A DNA stretch of 63,996 nucleotides, filler included. It is 12 parts of 12 records of this genome, joined end to end, with 100 filler letters (N's around TTAATTAATTAA, not from the genome) between each part and the next. Parts side by side here need not be neighbours in the genome. Positions count along the whole stretch, not along the records: positions 4,588 to 11,495 come from SRR15195285_3286; positions 11,596 to 18,575 come from SRR15195285_3287; positions 18,676 to 23,380 come from SRR15195285_3292; 9 more parts are not named here. The stretch is one strand, 5' to 3'. The notes beneath the pieces are model-generated. The model was not told the DNA's origin. It searched no databases and saw only the letters and a list, made by a program, of their open reading frames with translations. Positions 10,901 to 23,101 of this stretch are shown here, one piece after another. The position numbers were made by a program, and so were the translations under genes. Each line of letters opens with the position of its first letter. Position 1 is the first letter of the stretch.

Positions 10901-12038
10901 GTGCGTTGTGTCTACACGATTGCAATTATTCGTCACAACCGAAGCTCAACATACCTTTTGCATCACGCTTCATTCTGGCACCACTTCGCATCCTTGGTTG
11001 GCCACAAGTTGATGCGTGGCTCGTTGTGTTAGGGACGCGGGGATCGTAGAGAATGACACGCTGTGCCTCTGTCGCTACGACCCCAAGCGACAGGAGACCG
11101 ACCAGAAGGACAATCTGTGATCCACGCAGCACTGAATTTGCAATTGCATTGGCTGGGGTCCAATTCGCCAACGTTTCACAGAGCGACGTTTCAAAGAATG
11201 ACGAAGTGTAGAAGATACTGTACCCACGCGAGACAATTAGACTCTGTATACTAGCAGGAAGGTTGCTATTCGAATACTGAGTGTTTCGGTCGAATTGCTG
11301 AATGGATTCCAGTCATTTTCCCCATGCAAGAGTTGTACAGTTGAGTACATGTATAGTACATGTACTACTACGATAGTATTGAGTTGACCTATCATTCCCG
11401 GTTCAGCTCTACACAGTACAGTGTACACAGTACAATACAATTGTAGTATGCCAGGTCGATTCTCAGTACTGTACATTTGTCTTCCTCTGACATATNNNNN
11501 NNNNNNNNNNNNNNNNNNNNNNNNNNNNNNNNNNNNNNNTTAATTAATTAANNNNNNNNNNNNNNNNNNNNNNNNNNNNNNNNNNNNNNNNNNNNTACTA
11601 GGGACCTATATTGATTGCTTCACAAGTGTGCGCGTCGAGCCACTGACGGCTGCAGCCCAGTCAAAAGACTGGCAGAGGCGGTGCTAGGCAAATTCAGCCG
11701 TGCATGCTATCAGTACAGCTGTAGTGAAATAGTTCTGTACTACATGTATATGCGGGATTTGCCACTGAGGACTGAGTCCAAGCGCCGGGACTCAGTTGTG
11801 AATCGCGGTCACGACCACTGATTGTATTCTATTCATAGTTTCTAGCTAGATCCGGTATGGACCAGGACATGATTCATGTGTCGAATGTGCGTGATAGCGT
11901 CTATACTAGTAGTCTGACGTATACATGTACTAGTACTGGTAGTGTGTCCGCCGTCCGTCGTCACGCCGCGTGCGTGCATGCTCGCGCGCGCGCTGTTGCA
12001 TCAGCAGCGCGAGACTACGTATACAGTAGTCGGTCGAT

Positions 12039-14260
12039 ATGTCAGCGCCCACCTCTTCCGCGCGGCGGCTGCGTGGCTTGCTGGACTGCCTGCAGCAAAG
12101 AACAACTGGCGACGGGAGTAGCGACGTCGAGCACTGCATCTGGGACGCAGCAGCAGTCGCCGCCGCCGCGATCGGTGCCAGCAGTGCGCCGGGCCAGGTG
12201 CCCCTGAACGTGCTGCTTGTCTTCGGCGACCAGTGGCGAGCCCATGCATTTGGGTATGCAGGTGATGGCAATGTACGGACGCCACATATCGATGCCCTGG
12301 AGGCTCGCAGTGTCAACCTGCAGACTGCCGTCAGTGGCTGTCCAGTCTGCTGTCCGATGCGCGCGTCCCTGCTCACCGGCCAGGTCCCAGCGACGCATGG
12401 TGTGTTTGTCAATGACGTGTACCTGCGTGACGACGGCAAGTCCATGGCGCAGCTGTTTGCTCGGAGTGGGTTCTCAACGGGATACATTGGCAAGGTGTGC
12501 ATGCATGCATGCCAACCCGTTTCGCTTCTGTTTTAACAGATCTCTGCGCCGCATGATGGTAGTGGCATGTCGATGGCCACGGCCGCAGCAACTACATTCC
12601 GCCGGCGCGCAGGCAGGGGTTCCAGTACTGGAAGGCGTTGGAGTGCACTCACAACTACAATGAATCTTACTACTACGCTGGCGACTCCGACGCGAAGCTC
12701 ACATGGGACGGATACGACGCTCGGGCGCAGACAGACGACGCGCAAGCTTTCCTCCGTCGCCACGCGCAACAAGAAGGATCCGATGACCAGACCCCGTTCC
12801 TACTAATGTTATCGTGGGGACCGCCGCATAACCCGTATGGGACGGCGCCGCCGCAGTACAGGGCAATGTACAACGCCAAGGAGATCCAACTGCGCCCAAA
12901 TGTGCCAAGCGAGGTTGCAGACCAGGCGCGGGAGGACCTCGCAGGGTGATCAACATTGCACGCACGCAACCGCCTGTCCTAGGCATGCGTGGTATTGCAC
13001 ATAGCAATACCGCTGACAAATGCTGCGCACCTGCGTGTCACTATGCTAGATACTACGCACATTGCACTGCGTTGGATGACTGCATGGGGAGCCTATGCGC
13101 GACGCTGGATGAGACAGGGCTGACGCAGAACACACTGCTAGTATTTTTCAGCGATCACGGTGACATGCTTGGGTCACAGGGGCAAATACGGAAGCAGCGA
13201 CCTTTTGGTGCGTGTTAGCAGCTATCCAACCAGCGGTTGTTGCGTCATCATTCAGGTTGCCATGATCAAACTAATGCTTGCCAGTAATTATGCTGTGAAC
13301 TGTCAGAGGAGGCGATTCGTGTTCCCTGCTTGATCTCATGTCCGAGGCTGGGACTTCAGCCGAAGCGACTTTCAGCGCCATTTGATGTAGGGATTGATAT
13401 GCTTCCCACTCTACTTGACCTGTGCGGGTATGCGCAATACACCCGGTCCATTACATCAACAAAAGCATCAGTCAAGTCTTCGTCACTGTGCTGTCGACTT
13501 CGATCACTACCTTATCCTGGCTGCATGTGGGTCTACATTCATGCAGGATGGACGTTCCTTCTTCTGTACAAGGGCGAAGTTTTGCGGACTACATCTCAAA
13601 CACGCAAAGTTCCGAGCCTCGAATTCAGAGTACCGAAGCGGTCGCGGCAGGTGAGGTGGAGCATTTGAACTTTTAGACCATCTCTGAGTTTTTGTTCACA
13701 GGTAATCTGAACGCCTCGTGCTTTATCTGTTTGCGTGTATGTGTGCATGCCTGTATGATTGTCGGGGTTGCACGACAACGTAGTCAATGATCCATCGGGA
13801 GGAGCCGCCTTGCTTCAGTGTGCACACCCATTTGGTGAATGGACGCGCAAGCCTGAGTCGTCAAAGGACGATCTTTCCAACGGCCGTGAATATCGAGGGC
13901 TGCGCACGCGGACGCATACCTATGTTCGCACGCTTGAAGGCCCTTGGTTGCTGTATGATCTCGAATCGGACCCGTACCAAATGAGCAACATCGTCGCCCT
14001 GCCGGAGCAGCAGGCCTTAGTGCGCGAGCTGGACAGTACGTTGTCTGTCTTCCCGGAGTGTGTGCTGAAGTCAGCACGATGTTGCAATTATTTGTATACA
14101 CTCAAAGCTTTGTGCGCTGAGCTCATGTTGGCCACTGCATGTAGGTGCACTGCGCGAGCGGCTGGCTTCGGTAGGCGATCCATTCGATTCAGGTGACATG
14201 ATGATCGACAAGTGGGGATATATTACCAGCGCGAATGGCACTGTGCCTTATACAACCTGA
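12039..14260 (+). CDS. Formylglycine-dependent (S1) sulfatase, multi-exon
   Basis: LLVFGDQWR, CxPxR motif CCPMRASLLTG, GYIGK|WHVDG split by intron 12495-12562, SWGPPHNPY, FFSDHGDMLG, LYDLESDPYQM; last exon ends KWGYITSANGTVPYTT-TGA. Confidence 0.9.
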
Positions 14261-14484
14261 GCTGATAATTCATGCAGTGCCATTGTTGTAGAATAGTCGC
14301 ATACTTATGCGTGTCTGTTGACAAGTCAAGCATGAATGAAGCAGGCGATTCCAGTTTTAGGTCAGTGCGGGCACCCAGGACGACCATGTCCGACAACTAC
14401 TGGTAGGTGTCGCGTATGCAGCCCGCGTTTCAACTTGCCGCGGAAGATCAACCGATGGTGCATTGTGATTCCCGATTGTGATCA

Positions 14485-14522
14485 GTGAAGTGAAGTGAAG
14501 TGAATTGAAGTGAAGTGAAGTG
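14485..14522. repeat. (GTGAA)n pentanucleotide microsatellite, about 7 units
   Basis: gtgaagtgaagtgaagtgaattgaagtgaagtgaagtg between two convergent genes. Confidence 0.9.
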
Positions 14523-14603
14523 GAGACCAGTCATATTTCATTCAGGTGCAACTTCACATTCATCAATTGTAGACTTAAGCTACATCGGACAGACGTGCTT
14601 ATG

Positions 14604-17600
14604 CTACAAGTTTAGATTACCTGGGTAGTCTAGCATGCTCCTGTTTTGAACTCGGCAGTGTGAGCAGTTTACTTGTATTGGTGGCTGCTTCTTTCCGGCT
14701 GGGCACTGAAATGTGTTGCTTTCGACCACCACGTCCGTCGAGACACCGCCACCTGTCAGAGAAATAGTACCACACTCCGTTTGCGAAAGCGCAACTCCTG
14801 CAATCGAGTTGCGTCGAACGACCTGCCAGCGTGTGAAAGGCCCAGGGTATGATGATGCGTTGCAAACATCAGTCGATGTGATTCCATCTTTGAGTGATAT
14901 TCCATTAGATCTAATCAGGGTGTTGCCGCTGTACTCGGCCATCCACAACGGCTGCGGGCCATTATAGCATAGCCCGAAGGCTTCCAACGCACCATCGCCA
15001 CTCTTGCAACCGTAGCCACTGCTACATACGTTCATGTCTGCATGTATACACACAATGCCATCATAATTATTTGAGGTTCCGACACCGGACTAGAGCTGCG
15101 CCAGCAAAGATAGATGGACATTCCCGTGACACGACAGGTTGGCTGTGTTTTGCTGCGAAAAGACCGAACTATGACGTACCCGTGAAGTTATTGTCGGCGA
15201 TAACGCCTCGAGAGGTTGTACCGAACCATTGGACCACCATCCCATTATTGAAAGAGTTGCCAGAGACGATTTTGGACCCTACTGTTGCCGTCAAGCAGAG
15301 TGTCGACTTGCCAGCCACCACGTGCGCGTCTAGAGGCGGGAACAATGTGACAACAGTGGCATTGTCCGACGCTCGCTGGCTAGTAGCAACTATCCGTGCG
15401 TGCTGTCCAACCCCAGATCCTCCACAAACCATAGCGCTCCCACCGACTGGTCCGTGTGAACTCTTTCGCAACGCAAAGCCAAGCGTCACCGTGCTGCCAT
15501 CTTCGGAAATCTGCACAATGCAACGACCAGCAGCATCAACCAGAAAGAAGATAGGTGCTGCCTGAGTGGTGGTAATTCCATATGTATGCGAAATCTGGAG
15601 TGTCAGCGCTCGAGACAGAAATACGTAGACGCAGAAGAAACAGGGATGCGTGCGTAGAACAAGCACACGAGACGTTGCTGATCAATGCCAAGAACTGGAA
15701 CCATGTGCGCTCACGTGTTCCACCGGTCCGGCGCCGAATCCGCCAGAGCCATCCCCGGTGAAAGTCTCATGAAATGCCCAGTTGTGAGGATCGTTGTGCG
15801 GGGGACGTGCAAGGTAGTTGTGGGAGAAAGACCAGTTTGCCGAGGTCGGAAAGTTCTGGTAATCATAAAACGAGACACTGTTGCCGTGAGGAAGTATACC
15901 AGCGTTTGTTGACGTGAAATTGTTATTTTCGAAGACGATATTCGAACTGACGTCCATATCGTACCCTGAGCATTTCCACAGGACCTGGTTGTTGTGGATA
16001 AAGCCTGCATCTGAGGCATGCATTTGAAAAGTCGCAGAGTCCTGGAAGTCTGTGTTAGCGTCATGCATTCCCAACTTCGGGCCTGCGTTGTTTCAAACAA
16101 CCATACCAAGGCAGCCGAAGAAACAAAGCAGAGGAGGCATCATTGGTATATCAAATGTAATGCAATAGCGGTGATGCAGCATTCAAGTCGGTGGCAGTGT
16201 GACTACTAACAGCCGCCATATGGATGTGCTTCGGGCAATGAGAACAGTCAGTGCACAAACGACGGCCAGAGGCGCGCACCCCAAAAGCACAGGTGCGATT
16301 GTTCCATCCAGCAATCAGCGATTTCAAATCGCATTGCACCATCCACTTTTATCGCGCTCGTCGCATTACGCTGCTGCAGCTGTACTACAACTCCGTGGAT
16401 TTGGAAGTCTGTGCCCCTTGCCAGCACACCTTTGGTCTTAGGCGGTGCGTTCTGAATAACCAACGAAAAGTCCGCGAGTGCCCATCCACTAATGTTCGGA
16501 CTAGTGATGATGGCAGCTGTGTCTACTGTCTACGTGACGGAGCAAAATATGAAGTTAGGACAAGTTTCCAATTGGAGTTGTTGCCAAAACAACGCACCAA
16601 ACCGGAGCGAAACGGTGTCAGAAACCCAGAGATCCGATCGACTGAACCGGGTGTGCCAGCAGCGGCGCAGGCTGCCGCGTTTGCAAGATCACACGATTTG
16701 AGAATGCACTGGTTTTCTGCTTTCATCAGTGAGTAGCCGTTGCAACCAACGCTGCAAACCAAAATAGTGGATCAGCACAGAGAGACATCACATCGTTTGA
16801 TTTGGCATTGCAGACGCACTTTGCGGCACAATGGGCACAGCAGTCTTCTATGGTCGAAATATTCTTGACGTATGCCACATCTCGAAAATGATTGTCCGTT
16901 GATCTGCTCCGAACACCACCCAGCAGTGAAATAATGAGGCGCGGCACGATATTCACCATTTGTCGTCAAGCCATCATATCAAATCCGTTGAGCAGTTACC
17001 GGTATAGGTCCACGCCAGCGATAGGAGCCCCGCAACTACCCTTGAACTTTTCTGCGGGGTTCAGAAAGGACAAAAATATTCCTTAGCAACGCAAAGAATC
17101 TCGCTAAACAGCAAACCCCGTCAAACGGTAGAAGAAGGAGGGTTGAAACCGCACCCTCTGAGTGGAAGTCAAACACCAACCGAGTGGTTGCCTTGCTCGC
17201 GCCGCGCAGCACTGTGTTGTTTGAAAGCGCGAGCGAAGAGTTCAGCGTGTACGTGCGCGGCCCAAGCGCCACGACTCCGCCGCTCGAGAGAGTAGCTGCG
17301 TAGGTAAGGGCCGCCCGTACATCGCCCTTGAAGCTGTCGTCCACTTGAATGAGTGGTTTCGGTGATGGCGAACGTCGGCCCGTGCTCGTCTGAATCTCGA
17401 GCACCCACGCACTTGAATTGCCCCAGCCAGTCTGTACGACGGCGCTGTAGCGGCCTGCCGGAGTGTCCGCTAGTGGAAAAGCTGCTTCGTAGCAGCTCGC
17501 GTTGTGTGCTGCCACACGCACCAGCGATGACACCGGTCCCACCAGCGGCGTGAGCAGCAGCGACGAATCAACAGTGTGAGCGCTTGAGCGTGATCGTGCA

Positions 17601-18085
17601 TCGATACACTGCATTCCGCTGGGGCCAGTCCAAGCCAGAGCACGCCCAAATATTCGCAGTATTGCACCAGTCGGAAGCGGGGTGGACTGATCGACGGGGA
17701 GGCCGTCCACCAGGCTCAACGTAAACCATACGTCGGGCTCGTTGACTGCCACCCGAAGCTCGTTGCTAGGAGGTGTGCTTCCAGTACCCACCTCGAGCCA
17801 CAGTGGCCGTGACAAATTTTCTGGGAGTCGAGCCTTTACTGAATGCGACCAAATGTCAACATCCGCTGCCGGCTGACAGCTGCCTTGATCCGCGTCAGTG
17901 CACAGTTGGACTGATGTCATATTGGTTGAGAAGCTGCCGGCAATGGTCAACGTCTCTGCCGCGAGGGTTGGGCTGGAGGACCAGTACGCGCGCGCAGCAC
18001 TCGGCGCAGCACTGCTCAGCACAGGAATGGGAGCATGGTGAGCAACGAGCAGACTGAGTGCCCATACGAGCTGCGCAGCCGCCAT
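14604..18085 (-). CDS. Secreted right-handed beta-helix (pectin-lyase-like) protein with an internal PAN/Apple-like module, multi-exon
   Basis: Signal peptide MAAAQLVWALSLLVA; GGVVALGPRTYTLNSSLALSNNTVLRGAS (Pectate_lyase_3-type N-cap); beta-helix rungs SNIVFENNNF, GVIADNNF, VVRRNSI, VVVESNTF in successive exon ORFs; IEDCCAHC..GCNGYSL..NQCILKS. Exon chain not fully resolved. Confidence 0.7.
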
Positions 18086-18945
18086 CGCGAACTTCCGAGT
18101 CCGGCGCGCGCGCGCGTGTGCGCGCTAGCGGGCATGCAGCGGCGCGCGCACGCCGCGGCGCCGGATTCCCAACGTGAGTGCGTGCTACTCAGCTACTGGT
18201 ACCGGTACAGGATCGCCACTTGAAAAATTTAGAAACACACCCCAAAATCATCACAATTCCACCACCCCCGACCCAACTCGACCAACATCGGATTCGACAA
18301 AAAACCCGACACAGATTCACATTCAGCACTTCAAAGACGCTACCATCCCGAGATCGGTCGGATCGGAGGGCACTGTGCCAAGGTCGTCATCGCGAAAATT
18401 TTATACCCAGATTCGGCACATTACGCCGCACCATGTCTCAAGATCGGTGCTTTTCAAAAAAAACTGCACGTAACCCGCCACTTCGTGGCTCTAGGTGAGG
18501 GGGGGAAGGTTGCATGTTGATGCATGAGTGGCGGCGAGGGGGGAGGAGGGGTCGCGTAGGGAGAGGGGTCGCGTANNNNNNNNNNNNNNNNNNNNNNNNN
18601 NNNNNNNNNNNNNNNNNNNTTAATTAATTAANNNNNNNNNNNNNNNNNNNNNNNNNNNNNNNNNNNNNNNNNNNNCTAAATGAAATTGTCATTGTCATTG
18701 TCTTTGATCTTTGTCGAGCTTTGGGCGCGTTCGCCCCATTCCGTCGCCCGTTCGGGGAGCGGAGAGGGAGACCGCGGAGACTCTCCGTGGTGGGAGAGTC
18801 GTCGTCGCGCGCGGTCACCGGCCGATCGGGGCAAGGGTATCCTGAGATACTTGAGTAGACTCAACCCTTGCTTGATCGGGGTGTTCCATGACCTCGTGCC
18901 TGGGATGAGGTCCGGCGCAGCGGGTGCAGCAGTTCGTCGCCACAG

Positions 18946-21290
18946 ATGTCCGTGCTGTTGCCCTCCTTGGCTGGGCTGATCCTGGCGAACCAGCCGGACG
19001 TGCTCTTCCCGCACTACCTGCCCCCGGCTGAGTGCGTGCACGGTTGTGCCAAGTGGCTGGCAGCGCCACCACAAGGCGAGAAATGGAACGCAGCGGCGGC
19101 GGGAAGCACCTGCGCGATCCCGGGCGAAGTCACCGGTAGCGAGTCAGCGGACAAGGTCGCCAATGCGTGGGGAGGCCCCTTCTGCTACTGCGACGACGGC
19201 ACCGGAAAGGCGACCAATACCACGGGATACTGCCGCAGCCCTCTCTCCGTGCCGGAGCAAATCAATCTGCAGCTCGCAAACGAGGATACGGTGGTCGTTT
19301 CCTTCGTGACCTACGAGCTGGCGAAGCCCACACGACCTCCGGAGGTCCTCTACACAGCGAATGGTGGGCCGCCCAAGACGGAAACTGGCGTCACGCACTG
19401 GTATGTTGAGAGTACAGCCACCACCGTGTCTGGGCCGCACACCGGCAGAAACTTCTCGATGCATTTTGTCAAGCTCGGGCCGTTGGCTCCACGCACACGC
19501 TACTCTTACCAGGTTCGTGGAGGTAGCGACGGCGCGGTCTACTCGCTACCGGCCACGTTTCGGTCTGTCTACACCGCCGCGGACGGAGGCGAGACACGCG
19601 TGGCTATCTTTGGCGACATGGCAATCACGCAATTCAACGCCGTCTCGAACCTGGCTGCTGACTGTGCGACCGGTCGGATCGATGCGATCTGGATGATGGG
19701 CGATCACGCGTACAACCTCGGCCAGGTGGACGATCGGCGTGGCGATGCCTACATGAATGGCATCGCGCCTGCCACCTCCACTTGCCCTTGGGTTCCGGTG
19801 ATCGGCAACCACGAAGCAAGCGATGGTGACCACTACAACCGCTACCTGAATCAGACTTGGGGAGAGACCTTCGGCAATCCACCGTTGAACTCGACAGCAG
19901 ATACGGCTCTTGGTCACCTGCTGTCGAAAGGGACCCTGTTTGGCGCCTCATCTCACGGCTCTCGTCCCTCTGGCACAAGCAGATACTTCTCTGTCGACAT
20001 CGGCCTCATACATTTCGTAGGCTTGGACCTCAACTCCCCCGAGACTTCGCCCCGGGCGATTGGCCTGGATGCGGCGCAGCTTGCTTGGCTAGAGCAGGAC
20101 CTCGTCGCCGCGCAGGCGAACCGCAAGGCGGTGCCGTGGATCGTGGTGACTTCACACTTCCCAATCTACCTGAGTGCCCCGACAACCGACCATTCGAATG
20201 CTAGCGCCGCCTACTATGCATCGGTCGAGGCAGAGGAGGCGCCTGTCGGCAGCGACCTGGAGTACCGCTCCTGCAGTGCGAACGGCGAAGCAGCGGACTG
20301 CAAGACAGTTGGCGAGCTCCGAGCGGAGTCATCAAAGGCTATCGAGCCGATGCTCGTGCGCTACGGGGTCGACGTGTACGCGGCTGGTCACTCGCATATA
20401 TACGGCGTGACATGGCCTATGGTGAATCGCGCCGTACATACTCCGTTTATAAGTAGAAAGAGAGAGATCGGTCTGGCTGGAGTTTTCACTGATTCTGAAA
20501 ATGGAACCAAATGATATATGGTATATGGTATATGGTATTTCACATGTGTGTGCAATGGAGCAGGCAGTGCAGCAGAACTACTCCTCACCGATGGCGCCGG
20601 TTTACATCACTGAAGGCAACGGGGGGGTCCCTGGCGCACCCGGCACCCACACTTTCAAGTGTGGCAAGAGCAATGGCGCGCCGTCGGACTGTCCAACGGA
20701 CTGGATGCGTACATACGCTACCGGTGGAGCCTATGGCCGGCTGCGGGCATCCAACGGCACTGTGCTCACATACGAGCATGTCTTTAACAACGGCAACGAC
20801 GGCAAAGGCGAGGTGATGGAGTCGTGGTCGATCACTGACGCCACTCACGTCTTCCCTCCGCATGCCTTTCCTCCGCCGGCACCGCCGGCGCCGCCGCCGG
20901 CACCGCCGATCACGCCCAAGCCCAACCCTCCGCCAGGCAAGAAATGGATCTGTCAAACCGATGTCGCTTTCGGTCCTGTGAAGCCGCTCGTTCTAAAGGT
21001 GCGTGGGACTTGCCCGCTTTGTAACGGCGTGCGTGTGTGGTAGCGTAGTCCTGACTAACTTCAGTGCCGCACACGTGGACCAGGACAACGACGCAAACTT
21101 GGACTGCAAGACGAGCGAGCTGTGCCAGGAGGATTGCAACGCAGTGCGTGACTGCGTGGCAGTGCGGTACCACGGTGCGGACAAGCACTGCCACACGCTG
21201 GTGGGGACGGTAGCCCCGACTGCAAGTCAGTTCGCGCAATATTCCAAGCACGCACCCAACTACGTGTCGTGCTACTTGGCAAGCCAATGA
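18946..21290 (+). CDS. Purple acid phosphatase (FN3-like plus metallophosphoesterase) with Pro-rich linker and C-terminal PAN-like domain
   Basis: PEQINLQL N-domain; all five PAP blocks (FGDMA, GDHAY, GNHE, VTSH, GHSH); PVYITEGNGG; at least two introns (~20430-20560 and ~20999-21083). Confidence 0.9.
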
Positions 21291-21658
21291 GAAGAATGCG
21301 CGATCCAGACCTGCAGAACTTGTGATATCGGATGTGACGAATGAACGATTGTTGGGATGCGTCTTCTGGGTCGTCATAGACAATCTCGAAGGCGGCCGTC
21401 CCGCGTTGCATGGCAAGCATACACTAACGGCGGGCACAGCACGGCACTTCCTCTCTGCTGCGACACTGATTTCTCGGTGGCTGAGCAACACACGGCCGCA
21501 TCTATTGAACAGCTCAGCGTTCTGAGCCCAGCCAGCAATGGTAGCGTTGCCACACGTCTGCGGCGCGACCGATGATTTGAAGCATGGTTGAGCGTAGCTT
21601 CCAGAAGGACACAGGCATGTTCAACCAACCTGCATTGTTTGTCAGCTGCAAACCAGCC

Positions 21659-23101
21659 TCACGGCTTGATCACATACCACGAAGGGTACGGATAGCAGTA
21701 GTGTGCATACGACACAAACACCTCGACTCCCAATGGGCCAAAGAACTCGTTGACCGCTCTCTCGACATCCCAGTGCACCGGGACGGAGTGCCGTGCTACA
21801 GCTGTCTTGCGCCAGCCTGCGGAGAGGAAGAGATGCGAGGGCGGCGTGGTGATTGTCTCGCTCCAGCGGCTGTCCTGGCCGTTGACAAAATCGTCACCAC
21901 TCATCAGCCCACCTTTTTGCAACCGTGGCCACCAGTACTCAAGCTGTGCCTTTACGCCACTGCGAGTGTGATCAAGCTGGGAGGTTATGTGCAACCAGCT
22001 CCACAGGTGCTCCCCGTCGATGTCGACGTGGGCATCCGTTGGCGCTGCAGCGCTCAGTGTGGTGTCGATAAGGGGCGCACTGGGCTCAAGTCGACCATGC
22101 TGCCACGTCATCGCGTCACCAACCTGTGCGCTTCGTGCTGCGACACCGAGTTCACGCGCTAGAGCCGGCAAGTCCTCACGGCACTTGACTGGGTGCATTT
22201 TCGTCTGGCTCAACCGGCGGCTGTGTGGCTCAGGTTCACCCAGGGGCTTCAGGGCGTACCAGGCGGGAAACATGTAGCAGTCGTATGTGAATGTCACATG
22301 TATCGCCACTCCAATTTTCCGGAAGAAGTCTGTCACGGCGCTGCGTGTGCCCCAAGAATACACTGCTCCGCACAAGGACCTTTCAGATTTGTATGAGAAA
22401 ATGAGTGGGAGAGGGGAAAGTGCAGTGCTCTCACCTGCAGGCACTGGGCCATTCCACTCAAGCATTGGCTTGTCTGTGTGGTCTGTAAAGTCATCCCCTG
22501 AGATCAAACCACCGGGCTTCACGAGCGGGTACCAGGCTTCGAGGTCGCGTTTGACCGCTTCATAGGTGTGCAAGGCGTCGAGGTACACCCAATCAAAGTA
22601 GTTGTCCTTGAACTGATGGCACACCACAGTGGAGAACCCGCGGATCATCTCGCGCCGGCTGGACCACTGCTCGGTGTTTTGCCTGGCTTGGTTCATTCGA
22701 GCCAGATGAGGACTCTCTTGCAGTTCGTTCATGTCGTCTTTGGTTGTATCGCGAAGGCCCACCTCAACATCTTCTGGTCGATGTGACCAGGCGTCGATCA
22801 TATAGTACATGCGGCCAGTCCACTCTAGAAGGTTTGTCTTCGCAAACATTCCGTCCCTTACGCCGATCTCTGCGGCGTTTCCAGTGAGGCCGAGTGCCAC
22901 AGCACGGCTTGCAAGGTCGTCTCGGCATTTCAATGGTGCCATGGACCCGCGCGAAGCTGTAAACAGCCCCTTTAAATGTGGCAGCGCCAGTACATCCCGC
23001 GAATTTCTCAAGAGCAAGATGGCCGGCACCGCGATGCCAAGCATTGCCAAGCAGCAGCACGACCACCAGCCACGAGCTTTGGGTCTGAAGATTGACGGCA
23101 T
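21659..23101 (-). CDS. Membrane-anchored class I SAM methyltransferase (Methyltransf_24-like) with two tandem domains
   Basis: N-terminal hydrophobic anchor; AAEIGVRDG, YMIDAW, FDWVYLDALHTYEAVKRDLEAWYPLVKPGGLISGDDF; second copy YWWPRLQKGGLMSGDDF. Probable in-frame 72-nt intron at 22363-22434. Confidence 0.85.
   Translation of the reverse strand: MPSIFRPKARGWWSCCCLAMLGIAVPAILLLRNSRDVLALPHLKGLFTASRGSMAPLKCRDDLASRAVALGLTGNAAEIGVRDGMFAKTNLLEWTGRMYYMIDAWSHRPEDVEVGLRDTTKDDMNELQESPHLARMNQARQNTEQWSSRREMIRGFSTVVCHQFKDNYFDWVYLDALHTYEAVKRDLEAWYPLVKPGGLISGDDFTDHTDKPMLEWNGPVPAGESTALSPLPLIFSYKSERSLCGAVYSWGTRSAVTDFFRKIGVAIHVTFTYDCYMFPAWYALKPLGEPEPHSRRLSQTKMHPVKCREDLPALARELGVAARSAQVGDAMTWQHGRLEPSAPLIDTTLSAAAPTDAHVDIDGEHLWSWLHITSQLDHTRSGVKAQLEYWWPRLQKGGLMSGDDFVNGQDSRWSETITTPPSHLFLSAGWRKTAVARHSVPVHWDVERAVNEFFGPLGVEVFVSYAHYCYPYPSWYVIKP

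Noticed and set aside
14485-14522. (GTGAA)n as a CRISPR array or telomere
   Set aside because: Simple 5-bp microsatellite with no spacers, internal to a contig.
18499-18575. G-rich contig end as a telomere or G-quadruplex element
   Set aside because: Only two copies of GAGGGGTCGCGTA and irregular G runs; truncated and not interpretable.
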